Below are positions 1 to 13,650 of a stretch of 57,036 nucleotides of DNA, piece after piece. The translations under genes and the position numbers were made by a program. The number at the start of each line of letters is the position of its first letter. The stretch's first letter is position 1. The stretch comes from Vermamoeba vermiformis (taxonomy: Eukaryota): positions 62,001-119,036 of the forward strand of contig JBEWZL010000210.1 in the NCBI GenBank assembly GCA_045837725.1, read 5' to 3'. The notes beneath the pieces are model-generated. The model did no database searches. It was not told the origin of the DNA and was given only the letters and a program-made list of their open reading frames with translations.

Positions 1-340
1 TTCGTCGTTTGAAGGAAATGGCCGAATAAAAACTTTGATTGTTGCCCAATAAACTGTCAATATTAAAATCATACTACTATCTTCCTGGGCAGAGAGGACC
101 GCGGAGTACGCTTGAGTTCTTAGCTCGATCACCTTGGCAAATTGGCACTGTCGTTTTAGAATTTACGAGTCTGGCCTTGGTAGCACTGACTAGATATTAT
201 TGTTTTGTGCAGCACAAGTTGCTTTGTAATCGCCTTTCTCCAAGATCCGCAATTTCTCGCTTGTCCGAGACTTCAGGCGATTTTTTGTTCAGTCGTTCTT
301 CTTCGTTCTTCTTTATTCCAAGGTAGCACAAGAGGTCAAA

Positions 341-2798
341 ATGGTATATATCGTTTACACAGCACTCAGTAGTATAGTGATAGATTAAGCACTTGCAGTA
401 CGCACGAAGGATAAGGGGAATACAACTCCTTGGATGTGACGATCGCAAATGCGCTTTTCTTACTGAGAGCCATCCTATCGAGCAAATAATAACGAATAAT
501 TTATATTTAGGTCTTTTATATTTTATTCGAAACAGCTTCAGGCTACGCCTTGTTCCAACGCAACGAATCAGATGAAATCGGCGATAATGCTGATGCTGTT
601 CAAGAACACTTGAAGGATTTCAAGCGTTTCTCTAAAATCGTTACCCTCAAGGCTATCGATCCTTTTACCTCATCAGAAGAAGCCCTCGAGAACGCTAACG
701 ATGTTTCAGAAGGTAGATTAATTATTCACTGGAGCACCATTATTTATTATTTATTCATTTTTGACTGCGCTATTATGCATCATGCAATTTGTACTGCTTT
801 TTGAATTTTTTTCTTCGTTTTTCGCACCAATAATTTGTAAATCCAAATCTCGAATCCGATCTTTATTGACCACAATTTATCAAGGTGTTTTGAACTCCAA
901 ATTGAAGCACTTCCTCGAGATGAACATCTCAGTCTCCAAGAAGGAGAAGGAAAACAAGCAACACGTTTTGGGTCTCGGTGAAGACAAGCTTGGCTCTGCC
1001 ATCCAGGTAAATCCAGATCGCGTATTATTTTCTTACGAAAACGGCAAACATTTATAAATTTATGATCAACAGGACGCTTTGAAGATTAACTGCGTCAAGT
1101 CCGCCGTTGTCCTTGAACTTTTGCGTGGTATCCGTTTCCACTACGAGAGCTACGTAAACGTAAGTCATTAATATTATCATCATATGGTGCTTACAGCATT
1201 ATGGATCATATCATGCGCTATCAGCCGATTTACGGCATTAATTTCCGTTCTGGATCGCACTTTGGATTCGATCTGATCTTTTTGTTTATTTTCGTTGTAG
1301 CAGAAATATTAATACGATTATTATAGTCTTTGAAGGAGGGTGCTTTGAAGGAGGGCGATCTCCGCAAAGCTCAACTTGGTTTGGGTCACAGCTACAGCAG
1401 AGCCAAGGTCAAGTTCAACGTTAACAAGGCTGATAATATGATCATTCAAAGCATCAATTTGTTGGATCAACTCGATAAAGATATTAACACATTCGCCATG
1501 AGACTTCGGTAAGTACAACAAGTTGTTAACTTTTCAAGATCGAACGATCCGAACTTTATGGCTGTTATTTTAATCGTATCTGCTTTTGGCACCAATTGAC
1601 CCACAAACGATACTTCGGGCAATTACGAAATTAAACAAATTAATTTTTTTTTTTTGGATCGTGATCTGGACAGTGTGACTAACTTTGTTATTATCTTTAG
1701 TGAGTGGTACGGTCTTCACTTCCCCGAATTGGTCAAGATCGTCAACGACAATGCTCAATATGCTAAATGCGTTCAAATCATTAAATCACGTGCTCAATTC
1801 ACTGACGAGCAAGTCCCCGCTCTCGAAGAAGTTTTCACAGAAACCCCGTCCAAGGCCAAGGATATTTTCAACGCCGCCAAGACCTCTATGGGTGCTGACA
1901 TCTCTCAATACGATTTGGACTCGATCTGGACCTTCTCTGAGCGCGTTATTAAGTTGACTGATTACAGAAAGCATTTGCACGATTACTTGCTTAAGAAGAT
2001 GAACGATATTGCTCCCAACTTGAGCGCTTTGATCGGTGAAATGGTTGGTGCTCGTTTGATCGCTCACGCTGGTAGCTTGACCAATCTTGCCAAGTACCCC
2101 GCATCCACCGTCCAAATTTTGGGTGCCGAGAAGGCTTTGTTCAGGTAATTGTCGGATCTAACTTTTATCAAGTTGCACAAATATAACTACGTATCGCGTC
2201 GTATTATATAAGCACTATATTAATGTTGTTGTATTATTAGAGCTTTGAAGACCAGAGGCAACACTCCCAAGTACGGTTTGATCTTCAACTCTTCATTTAT
2301 TGGTCGCGCTAAGGCCAAGGATAAGGGCCGTATTTCTCGCTACTTGGCTAACAAGTGCTCTATTGCTGCTCGTATCGACTCCTTCCTTGGTAAGTAGTGA
2401 TTATTGACTCTTTTTTTTTTTTGACGCGCACTGCCACATCCGCGAAGTTTTAGCGTAGATCAGTTTTTGGCTATTGATATGATACTAATAGTTTTATATT
2501 AGACTACCCTACCACTAAGTTCGGTGAGAAGTTAAAGGAACAAGTCGAAGAGAGACTCAAGTTCTACGAGACTGGAGTTGCTCCTCAAAAGAACGTGGAT
2601 GTGATGAAATCTGCCATCGAAGCTGTTAAGGCCGAGACTGATAAGATGCAAGTCGACGGCGAGAACGGTTCTCCGGAAAAGAAGAACAAGAAGAGAAAGA
2701 AGCCTGAAGGTGACGACGAAGAAGAAGAGAAGAAAGAAAAGAAGAAGGCCAAGAAGGATAAGAAGGAAAAGAGAAAGAGCAAGAGCAAAAATGAATAA
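341..2798 (+). CDS. NOP56: Nucleolar protein 56 (box C/D snoRNP core protein), multi-exon
   Basis: ATG-only first exon (341-343), intron 344-510, then [15 protein letters not shown]..., [83 protein letters not shown] and a K/E-rich tail. All introns are GT-AG. Confidence 0.95.
362..475 (+). ncRNA. Candidate structured, box C/D-like RNA element in NOP56 intron 1
   Basis: C-box-like GTGACGA (436-442) and D box CTGA (463-466) bracketed by GGATG/CATCC (432-436/471-475). A competing stem GCACTCAGTAG (362-372)/TTACTGAGAGC (460-470) is also possible. No rRNA guide identified. Confidence 0.3.
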
Positions 2799-3328
2799 TA
2801 TAACAATATAATAACAAAAAATAAGGCTTTTCGCGTCGCGCAAAAAGAGTTACGCGGAGGGTCGTGTTTCCCTTTTGATCCAACTTGGATCTTCTTTTTT
2901 TAAATATAAAAGCCAATTAAACAACAAGATCGGTGTCATTTTGCTTTAGAATAACAAAGTATGAAAGTAGGAAGTATAACGGACCAACGGACAGCGATCG
3001 GTCTAAAACCTCGTTCATGAATCGTGCATTTTTGTTTAAACTTTCTAAACCGTTCCAATTCAAATATTTATTCTTGCACCAGCACCACAATACCATCGCC
3101 AAAGTAGTTGTAGCTTTGGTTGATACATACAACGACAGAGAAGAGGAATTGGAGATCAGATTCGGTTAGGTAACACCTGTTTAAAGTGAATTTACTACTC
3201 AACGATAAAAATCAAATTTATAATCACCTGTATTTGTAGCTTACTTATTTTTGGAATCATTGCTATCATTTTTTTGCCAGATCTCCTTTATTTTAGCAAA
3301 TTTCTAATTCGTTTTAATTTGCAGAGCA

Positions 3329-5758
3329 ATGACAACCGAGTTCATTAATGAAAACCACGTATACGTAAATCTTAGCAGAGCGAATGACAGTGAAGATTCG
3401 TTGGTCATGATCTCGCAAGAACTCTACCGAAATCCGACCGTAGAATATTTGGATCTCAGCAATAATCAGCTGTCTGCCAAGGACTTTGAAAATTTCTCTC
3501 GATCATTATTGAATTGCACGAACTTGAAGCTATTGAACCTCAGATTCAACCAGACAACTAATGCGGGCTTGCCATTAATTACAAAAGTCATAGAAAATAA
3601 TCCAGGCCTTGAATCCCTCGATTTAAAGTCAAATTCAATTAGCGATGAAGGCGCTAAATTACTGAGCTCTTTTTTGACTCAATTGAAGCGCCTGTCTCTT
3701 CGGTACGTTCTCTAAATAATACCCATTATAACGAAATTTGCGTCTAAATATTTTAAATAATATTGCCAATACATCTATGGCACCATAATAATCGCAAGGC
3801 TTCAAAGTGGATCGGATCACTTCTGAAAATTTCATTTATTTGTTTCTCGCCGTAAGATTGGCTTTTCACTAACGATTCCCGTTTACAGGTATAATAATAT
3901 TGGCGATGATGGATTCCTCGCATTATTATATGCCGCAGAAAACAATACAACCCTCGACGAACTCGTGATGATGAACAACAGCGTGTCAGATCGCGGCTTG
4001 GAGCCACTAGGCAAACTCATGCAACATAATACGACACTAAGGAAGATTAATTTCCGAGGCAATCGAATTGGTGATGAAGGTAAGGTTTGATAATAATGAC
4101 ATCTTTTGACACGTGAACCAATTTAGTCATTTTTTCGGTACCGACTCGCCTGCCGATTATTTAACTTAAATTATATATTTATTGTCTGTTGGATTATGTC
4201 ATGATCAACCAGCAAATGACTTTTATCGGCGCATTTTTTATGTTGAAATTGTATGTTGGAGGCGTGGTTCGTACTAACATGTCGTTCATGAATAGGTTTG
4301 AAATCCATTGCCGAAATGTGGGAAAACAACAAGACGCTCAATTATCTCAACTTACGAATGAACAACTACGGACCTGAAGGCTTCAAACACATTTGCGACG
4401 CATTGGCAAAGAATTGCAGCGCGAAGCACTTGAATTTCAGTGAAAATGCCCTGGGAGACGATGCTATAGTCGGTTTAGCCGAGGCACTGAAGACCAATAC
4501 TAATTTGGATCATTTGGGCCTCAACGAAGTTCAAATCACAGCTGTTGGTACTCAAGCTATTGCCGAGTACGTGGCCCAGTCGAATAAGATCAATTTCTTG
4601 TCCATATTAGGAAATAAGATGGGCGTGGAGGGCGGTACGTTCATAACTCAATAATTTTACATTTAATGCACCATTGACTGAATTATGAATCGTGCAGTTC
4701 AAGCACTTGCAAAGGCCCTCACTGTGAACAAAACTTTGACGCACTTGGATATTAGCAACGTTGGTCTCACCGTCGATGCTATCACTAGTGTCATGGCTGC
4801 ATTGTCTTATAACAACTCCACTTTACGCGAGCTGAACATGCGCGAGAACGGTCTGACAAAAGGTACATTGTCAAGGATATCTAACCGCTAGATTTCACTA
4901 ACACGGATTTAACTATTAGAGCACATGAAATCCGTCGGAATTATGCTCAAGCACAACAAGTCATTGACCGCGCTGGATCTGGGCTGGAATCGCTTGGACA
5001 TGGCTGCTATGAACGAATTGAAAGACGGATTGCTCGCCTGTCCTTCATTAACGTCATTAATATTGAAGAGTAATCGATTGGGTAACGAAGGTACGATAAT
5101 AGTTTTGAAATTGTCGTGAACAAAAACTAATTTTAATTGCAGGAGCCAAAGTGATTGGAGCTGTCTTGGCAACAAATCCTCACCTGAAAAAGCTTCATTT
5201 GGGATCAAATCAGATTAAGAACGAGGGCATTAGATCGTTGTCGATATCGTTCTTGACGAACACGAACCTGGTGCACTTGGATCTGAGCAAAAACCAGATC
5301 GGTTCGCAGGGTCTCCGATCCAAACTTTTGACTTCAAACTCGACATTAGAATGGCTCAAACTAAATCACAATGAGATTGATGATGAAGGTAAAGTTCAAT
5401 AAATCTATGATGTTGGGCTAATCATAATTAACAATGAAATTTAGGAGCAATTTCGTTATCGATGGGCTTGGATGGCAACAAGACTATGAAACATTTGTCG
5501 CTGACGCACAATAATATTGGAGATAAGGGAGCATTATCTTTCTTAATATCGATCGCCGAAAGTACCATTATTTGCACACTGAGTCTCAGAAAAAATCAGA
5601 TCTCAACGAAGTTTGTCAAGAACATCGAGCAGATCTGTTTAAGTAAGTATAAAAAGGCAAAAATATTATAGCGTATTAATATCTATACAGATAATAGCAG
5701 GGTTGAATGGGAACGGAAATATCTTGCGAGCGGAAAGAAGCAGTCTTGCTTCGAGTAA
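3329..5758 (+). CDS. RNI-like leucine-rich repeat protein, multi-exon
   Basis: Many ~28-aa repeats of the LxxLxLxxNxIxxxGxxxL type (e.g. LESLDLKSNSISDEGAKLL, LKKLHLGSNQIKNEGIRSL) over successive exons. The last exon ends ...KKQSCFE* at 5758. Confidence 0.88.
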
Positions 5759-5819
5759 TTTTCATTGTTGTAATAAATTTGTATTGGACAACACTGAAAG
5801 AAGCTTTAAGTTGCTAAAT

Positions 5820-6569
5820 ATGGGAGAGGCTATCTTACCCTGACAAGCATGGGACGGGGAGATTATTCCTCGGTTCGACAAATCCATTTCGGTGCTGCAG
5901 TCATTCCTAAGACTACGCAAAATATCTCGAATATTTCGTGACGAGATAGATGCGCATATAACAATGCGAATATGCGATGTACGTAGAGATTAAAAATGGA
6001 AAATATTATTTTTAATTTTCAAAATTAATTTAAAATTATAGATAGGCATCAAATCGTCATTTGATCGCATATTCCTCGCTCATATAATACTTGGTACCCT
6101 TGAGGAGGTTCAAATTTTTATCAGAAAGAATAGTAAGTGGAGCAGATTTGCCATAAAGATTAACATTCGAGTTCAGATCTTACTGTGGACTATTTAACAA
6201 AGTTAAAGCCCGTTCGAGTACATAACCTTCAATGTAGAAGTGGATTTTACAATTTTGATATGATTCGTTGGTTAATTAACTTTGGACTGGATGGGAGGTA
6301 CGAAATCGGCTTCATTTTCTAGCTTTAACGATGTATTTAGGGACTCTTGTCTTACTGATTGGCACATTAAGAACTTATCTATTGAGTGGAATGTTTATAT
6401 GCTGGAGCATGGCGCGTACTGTAATTTTGACGTTCTGAAGCAGTTCAAGTCCCTGGCTGATTTTCGACGAATATGGAGGTTTTGCGATAAGACTCCACAA
6501 ATGATATCGAAACTATTGTCAGGGCTTTTCCATTCTGACTTTCAAAAGATTCGTATACCAGAGGAATAG
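5820..6569 (+). pseudogene. F-box-like gene with an in-frame TGA at codon 8 (pseudogene or base error)
   Basis: MGEAILP*QAWDGEII...SFLRLRKISRIFRDEID resembles an F-box motif. Three GT-AG introns keep the frame through to TAG 6567-6569. TGA at 5841-5843. Confidence 0.5.
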
Positions 6570-6577
6570 AATTTATA

Positions 6578-7273
6578 ATGGAGGAATATCGATCCACGTC
6601 CAGCGATAATTTGTTCAAAAAGCTGCCTATTGAAATAATGGAGACGATAGTTTCATACGAATTAGACGATTATTTATGGTTGGAGATGACAGATTACATT
6701 ATAAGAGACGCACCCGACAATACTTTAGACATTACATTTAACTATTATATTAATTTCCATGCGGCAGTTCCGGTGTTTCTTTTGAAGTATTGGAACAAAT
6801 TCTCAGAAAAAACGAAGAAATTGGCAGTGGATTTAACGATCACTCTCAACTGCAATGACCCAAGCGACAAATTTTACGAATCTTTGCTCCAGTTTTTACG
6901 ATTTCCTATTATGGCAAATACATTTCCTTCACCAGAAAAGGCAGCCGCTCCAAACGTCTTATTTCACGTGATTCACAGCACGCACCCGAAAGCACTTGAC
7001 ATACTCAAAGCAATCGTAGAAAATCAACAATATTCGCCAAGTGCTTATGGTTGGCCGTGGTACAATCCAGTGCCAGCAGTATGGTACGCAATGACCCGAA
7101 ACAACTTAAACATTATAGAGTACCTCATTGAAATCGATTCATGGCCAACACGTACTCCGTCTACCGATTTTGAACGGTGGGCAAAAGAAAACAAAGTCAG
7201 TGATGACACAGTGCAGTTTGTGCGCGACATTTTGCAAAAGAAAAACATACCATTGCCTAGCGAGTTGAGTTAA
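6578..7273 (+). CDS. Hypothetical protein with F-box-like N-terminus and ankyrin-like C-terminal helices
   Basis: Single 231-aa ORF with LFKKLPIEIMETIVSY (F-box-like) and PAVWYAMTRNNLNIIEYLIE (ankyrin-like). Confidence 0.65.
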   Translation: MEEYRSTSSDNLFKKLPIEIMETIVSYELDDYLWLEMTDYIIRDAPDNTLDITFNYYINFHAAVPVFLLKYWNKFSEKTKKLAVDLTITLNCNDPSDKFYESLLQFLRFPIMANTFPSPEKAAAPNVLFHVIHSTHPKALDILKAIVENQQYSPSAYGWPWYNPVPAVWYAMTRNNLNIIEYLIEIDSWPTRTPSTDFERWAKENKVSDDTVQFVRDILQKKNIPLPSELS

Positions 7274-7514
7274 TACGCCAAGGCAGTTGCCGATGTTTGG
7301 AGCACAGATCTGCATTTCAAACAAGTTTGCGCTAACAACATATTGGCTAAGTACGTATATTTCTAGCAATATAGGTTTGTCGCTAATAAATATATGCAGA
7401 TGAATGGAGTCACACGGTGTCTCAATTTTCCGACCAGCAAATCAGTTCCGGTAAAATGTACTTTTGACGATACGGCAAATCTTTATGCGTATTAATAATA
7501 CAATATATACAATA

Positions 7515-10500
7515 TTAGGGAATGGGATCGCCAACGTGCTTGTCAGGAAATTCTCCTCTGTCATCAATGGATCTGCCACAACAAAAGTAATGGACTCGGT
7601 TCCGAGGTATGTTATTTTGATCGATCATATCTTCCGCTTCTCTCATCGTAAATCTCTGCAATTTCTTTTCTTGGCCCTCTTCGTAATGTTCGTCAATGTA
7701 AAGCAGATCCGGCCATCTATGTCTACCGCATGAATTCGGGTTATTTGCAGCTTCAGTGAATTGTTCGTGGCAATATTTGCACTTTTTGTTGATATTGCGC
7801 TCTTGGTCTTGTTGATCAGCTTCATCTTGTTGCGCTCGTTCTTCTTCGGTCCACCAATCAAGTGTCTCTTTGAACTTATTGGTCAAATAGGGATGCTTGC
7901 AAATGATGGCGATCCAAACAGGGGTATTGGACTTGGCTAACTCAATCACCATGTTCATCAAAGTGGATTTTTGAGCGTGGTAAGAAATTGACGGGCCAGC
8001 GGATAGATCCGTGTGAGGCGTCTTCATTTCCTTTTTTAGACCTGATAGCTAAAATTGAAGTATACTTTAGCAGCGGTAAACTTAGAATGATTTTCTTACT
8101 GACCTCTTTGTGGACTTGTGAAATTGAGTCTAAATCGATCGCAACCATCGCTGAAGGATATTGACTCGCTTCTTCAATGATGGCCGCAATATGTTTAATC
8201 GCCATGTTTTCTTCCGTAATTCCTTTACGGTACAGGTACGAGGCGTCAATGTAGTGAAAACAGCCAAAGTCTCCGTGAACCACGAACTGGAACAGCAAAT
8301 AACGTGCCTCTTCGTGATCAAATTCCGCTGCGTCAATGTGCTTGGTGATACTGAAGGTCTGAAAATAGCAAAGATTAGTAATTCAATGCTGAGCAAAACG
8401 TCCGAACTGCAATCTTAATTTAGTCATAATACTGAATTTTCTTGAAATGGACGTACCTTGATTTTGGATTCACGCGTGAAAATTCGCTTGGCAGCAGCGA
8501 TTAACTTTTTGACTGCCCGACGGAATTCTTTTGCTTCATCGGTGGCGAGTAACACGTCGATGAAACGAGATCGACTTTGAGATGTAGGATTATAAGTTTC
8601 ATCACCAGGTTTCAATTTGAAAGCCGGGCCGGTCGCTACCTCCCATATATTCTGCAAGGCTTTGAGGTACTGAAAATCTGGAATTTCAGTGATTATGTCG
8701 TTAAGTGCTTTCTTATCAATTAATCGGTCGTTCTTCGTCAAATAAGTGTTGGCCAAAGTAAGCAAATAATCCAAGCTTCCGATGTGGTTCAAAATATCGG
8801 AGATAATAATATCGAGTTCTTTGTCTACTTTAGCCATTTCTGTCAATTTTTCTCTAACGAATCGGTAAGTGACGGCCTGCAATTTCATTTGATAATTAGA
8901 TTATAAACCGAGTCTAAACTTAGCGTTAAGTTTCATACCCATTGATCCTCATCAAGCAATTTAAGCAATTCAGTCAAATCTTCTTCGCCTCGAGACTCTT
9001 TGATTTGGATCTGACCGGATTCAGCGTTCATGTCCAAAAATATTCTTGGCAGCTCTTTGAAGTATCTTTTTCTGATTCCGTTTGCAGAGGCATACGCTAA
9101 AAAGCTCTCATGTGAGGGGTATCGCCCGTACGATGCAATCTTATCGTACGTTTGCCATGCTTCGACCAAGTTTGGTAGGTACATATTTGCAATGACTACG
9201 CGCTCAGCTGAGCAAACGGATTTAGCTTTTTTAAGGGTGTCTTGCCAAAATTTCTCGTAATTTTCTTTCGTAACGACGCACGTTTGATTGCCAATGAAAG
9301 TCTCCATGTAATTGATGAACACGCGCATTGCATCGTTTGAAAAATTGACCGTGATCTTCGATACTTGGGAGAGGTATTTGTTGTATAATTCGCCTTGAAG
9401 AACAATTTTCTTGTTCCTTAATAATTTTTTCTCGATCCACCTGCGAAAAAGCAAAATTAATTTTCGTGAATTCGCTCGATGCAAGAATGTTAACTCACTC
9501 CTTTCGTGCTAGAGCAGACGGACGACCGACAAACAATTTAATATTCATTCTACGTAAAAATGCTTCGTCCATGGACTCATAAAGGTTCGTAGCGCCAAAG
9601 AGCACTAAATTTGGAGTGTCTTTGTTTCCTATTTACGAAAATTAAGAATATTATTAATCACAATTTATTACTTACCTCCTATAACACTTAGAAGGACGGA
9701 GATCTTGTTGACGCTGCTTCCGGATGAGGATGGGCCGTTGCGACTCGGAGCCAGACCGTCAATCTCATCAATTGATATTGCCGTAAGCATCCAAGGTACC
9801 TATTTGCAATATTAATAATATTAATGCATATTCATTATTATCCACAACTTACAGCTTTGGCTCGTTTCGCTAACTCGTTAATCATCAGCTCACTTTCACC
9901 TACAATTCCCTTCAAGAAATCTCCGGCGGCAAGAGGATCTGATACCTATGATACAAAGAATTAATATGGGACAATTTGGGCTGCTCGATTATGGCACGTA
10001 CCGCTGCAATACCAAGGTAACTTAACAGAGTTGAGATTAAATAAGTCTTTCCTGTTCCTGGAGGTCCCCAAAGGAGAACACCTATATGAATGATATGAAT
10101 ACGTGCATTTGAGGGCTATTAATACAAGCAAACTTACCTCTTGGAGATCCTGTCGGATGCGAAAACAGTTGCAAATCAGTTTTCATCGCCTCGACCAAGC
10201 TTTGAATTCCGATCATTTGTTTGACGTTAATCAAGTCATCTAAGGCCTTAATAAGAACTTGGGGGTCTACTGGAGGAATTTCATGCAAGATCTGGCTGTG
10301 GTACGCGAGGTACCGTACAAAGTTGTGTGTTCGTGCACGACAATATTTGGATTCGTTTGGTTTAAAATCGGTTTCTATAACTATTTCGATCATGTCCTAT
10401 AATACTTTAATTAACTAGGGTCGTAAGTTAACAATAATTTCAATTTCGCTTACGAAATTTAAGTTGTTTGTCGGAAATTCTTGCTCTGTTACTTTTTTTT

Positions 10501-11171
10501 CATTGACGTAGTAATTTACTGAGATATCTCTGGGGAGATATTCAACTTCAAAGTCGTTCGGCAATAGCAGATCTCGCTCTGGTCTTTTTGGCTCTTTCAT
10601 AACCAGTTTGGAGAATAGGGCCGCTTTGGAGTCCAATTTTCGTTTAATTTGTTCTTGTAATGCACCCAGGAATCCTTGTTTGACCAAGTCTTTCTGATCT
10701 GGAACTGTCGCGTCAGATCTGAATTTGAATTTAAAAAAGAATTTACTTACGGTTTTCTCGAATATGGTTATGCCATTGGCTAAATTGGAGATATCCAGAT
10801 TGCGTTTCGAAAAGGATTGCAACTTTATTCGTTGTTGGTTTTTTCAATTCTTTTGGTTTTTCAGATGCCGCATCCGCCAAAGAAACAGGCTCCTCGCTTC
10901 TCCTTGCATCAATAAGAATTTGATTCATAGATCTACCTTCTAGAATATCAATTATTTGAGCAGCGACCTCTTCTTTCCCGAGCTGCTTCGACAGCAAAAT
11001 GTCGGCGATCACTTCCAAAGCTCGTTCGTTTGTAACTTTTAAATGTTTTTGAACTAACGGAGGCAATACTTCTCGTGATTTAATGCGCCAGAAGGGAAGT
11101 TGAGCGGCTAATTCTTTTTTCAATTGGCTGGGGCTAAGTGTAGTTAGTCGCTCTGCTCCTTCGTGTTCCAT
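7515..11171 (-). CDS. AAA+ ATPase with a degenerate second AAA-like region and C-terminal Cys/His cluster, multi-exon
   Basis: Spliced exons give Walker A VLLWGPPGTGKT, pore loop FLKGIVGESE, Walker B ISIDEIDGLA and SRH FGATNLYESMDEAFLRR. A later AMVAIDLDSIS is Walker-B-like. The tail has CKYC...CGRH...YFCCG. Confidence 0.85.
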
Positions 11172-11472
11172 TTGTGGTGACAATTGAATTAATTGTGTTG
11201 CGAATGTCAAAAATTAAATTTATGCCGTCTTGTGAGCAATTCCGCATTCCAAAAGAATAAACCGCCAGTCAAAATCGAGCTACAAAAAAACTATTCTTCA
11301 GCACTTAAGAATATAGATGTTAATATAATTGATAAACTCTGTCGACGAGCAACAGAATTTCGTTGATTCAATTTCAAAATTAGCACGTGGTTCTATTCTT
11401 TTCGCAATAACTCGGCAAAATTAAATCAGCAGCAGTTTATTTTGACTAATTTATTCAATATAAGCAACACAA

Positions 11473-13353
11473 ATGAGCGCCCACGAACCTTATTCAAAGC
11501 CTGCCATCAACTACGTGGCCGAGTTATGGGAACTCAGACAAAAACTCCTTGAAGAACGAGAACGGTTGATGAAGCGAGTTGAAGCGTGCTCGCCTGAAAA
11601 GCTCGACAAGGTAAAAAAGTCTTTAGAGCTGGCTGAAAAGAAGATCCAAGAAAATCAGAAGTTGATCGCAGATGCAGAAAAAAAGATCGCTGATTTAGAG
11701 AAGAAAATCAAGGAAGACTCAAAGTTGCTCGAAGAATATACCATTGAGCTTAAACAAAAAGAAGAAGACCTCAAAGAAAATGTTGAAAAATTGCGAGATC
11801 TTACTGAAAGAATGAACGAGTTGAAGTTGAAAGAACATCTTCTTAGTCAACGCAACCTCGACCTAGACTCACGTATCGAGGCGCTAAATGCCTCGCAATT
11901 AGAGGAGAAGATGAACTTGACCAAGATCAAGGTAAAAAGAATTGAAATTTTAACGCAAGAGTTAATCAATTATCTACAGGATAATGTGCAAATAATGCAA
12001 CAAAAATGCGACAAAATTCGTAGAGAGATTTCCGAGCAACAAGCGTCAATCAAAGAATTGATTTCCCTGATCCGCCAAACAGAAGCGCAACTTGAAGATC
12101 TGGACGACCAAATTTCAGACCTTCAAGCGGAATTGGCCGAACTCACGACTACGCTTGAGACTCTTAATCAACGAAAAGAAAATTTGATTGCTGAACGAGA
12201 ACGTCTTCAAGAGCAGCTTGCAACCCTAGAGAACCTAATTAATGAGCTCAAGAACGAAATTCGTCGGTTAGAGGTGCAAAGAAGTGCCGCTAGAGACGTA
12301 CCCAAGGTATTAGAATATAGCATATATCGAATAAGCGGATCTAATTTTTTACAAGTCCGGATTCTGGTTCATCAAATGGGGAGGGGTCGATAATCAAGAC
12401 AAGAGAGCGGAACTCACCATTAAGATTGACTCAGTAAAGCGAGATTTAGAGGTATGGTATTAATAGGATATAGTAGTACTTTAATACTAAGCTCGATTAT
12501 AGAAAGCGATGGGCGATCTGAATCATTTCCGTACCGAGAGCTGCAGGAAAAAAGACGAAATTAACTCCACGCAGTCAATGATCGACAAGACCAAAACTAG
12601 CATGTCGAAGACTGACAAACTCTTGAGTAACAAAAACCAAGCCAGATCCCGTAAAGAAAAAACTCTCGCGCGAAACCAGGACAAGTTGGATGATCAACGA
12701 ACGGACCTTCGTCAAAATGAGCACGAAGTGGGTATTTTAGAGGACAAAATCGTTGTTTCTCAAGCTGAAAAAGAGGTACATTACAATTTTAAATTTCCTT
12801 TTTTTGACACATCTCACAGAACGCTGCCGCTCTTATCCGCTCGTTCGAATCTGACAAGCAGAAGGCTGAAAATGAGAAGTTGAACGTACAGCAGAGACTT
12901 GCTAGAGTTACCGACGAACATGCCGACACCAAGATCCAAGTCAAAGACTTGGCAAACCAAGTCAGCACGACTGAAGTGAAAATTGGAAACCTAAAAACAG
13001 TAATTACGAAGACCCAAGGCGAGTTAGAGAGACTGAATACTGAAGTGGAGATGCGAAAAGTTGAAGCCAAGTACCTCGAAACTGAACGACAGCTGTACCG
13101 TGCGCAATACGATTCGATCAAACAAGAAACTGATGAAATTTCGGCAAAAGAAGTTGAGGTCTCTGAAGCGATCGAAAATCTGACGAAAACTTTGGATAAA
13201 CTTGCCGAAGAGCACCAGCTTGATTACGACAAATTGTTTTCTGAGCAGTCAAGAAACGAAAAAAAGAAAAACGGTTTTCACTTTGTTTTAAAGGACCATT
13301 GTAACGGTTATTTTAGTGCTACTCCTCGAATAATAAAGTCCTCGCACTTTTAG
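11473..13353 (+). CDS. Long coiled-coil protein A, multi-exon (3' end approximate)
   Basis: Continuous E/K/Q/L heptad-rich exons joined by ~45-50 nt GT-AG introns, with a central aromatic loop VPKSGFWFIKWGGVDN after splicing. Confidence 0.8.
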
Positions 13354-13650
13354 TTTTCCTTCAATTTCTTTCAGTCCCCGACAAAAAGTTGAAAATTATC
13401 AGATTGGTTGATGGGTTAGAAGAACACGTGGTTTTGCATACTACATGCAATTACTGCTCAATATAACTGCCTTAACTCCCATGAGGGCGACCTTCCGATA
13501 GAGTATAATAAATAAGATTATCAGCAGCCGAACGATCAATGTATTTGGTTTCAACAGGTCATGATATTGTCGGGATTAAGAAAATGACGTACTATTTTAT
13601 TGACTCGAGAATAAAATGCAATAGAGAGACGACGAGCCAGAATTCAAGAC

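Noticed and set aside
39-448. Short ORFs upstream of and overlapping the NOP56 start, and the many antisense ORFs shadowing real genes
   Set aside because: No protein-like signal; explained by promoter/UTR sequence or codon bias of the opposite-strand gene.
5841-5843. Selenocysteine or genetic-code reassignment for the in-frame TGA
   Set aside because: The position is not a redox Cys site, no SECIS was recognised, and Trp is encoded by TGG in the conserved genes examined.
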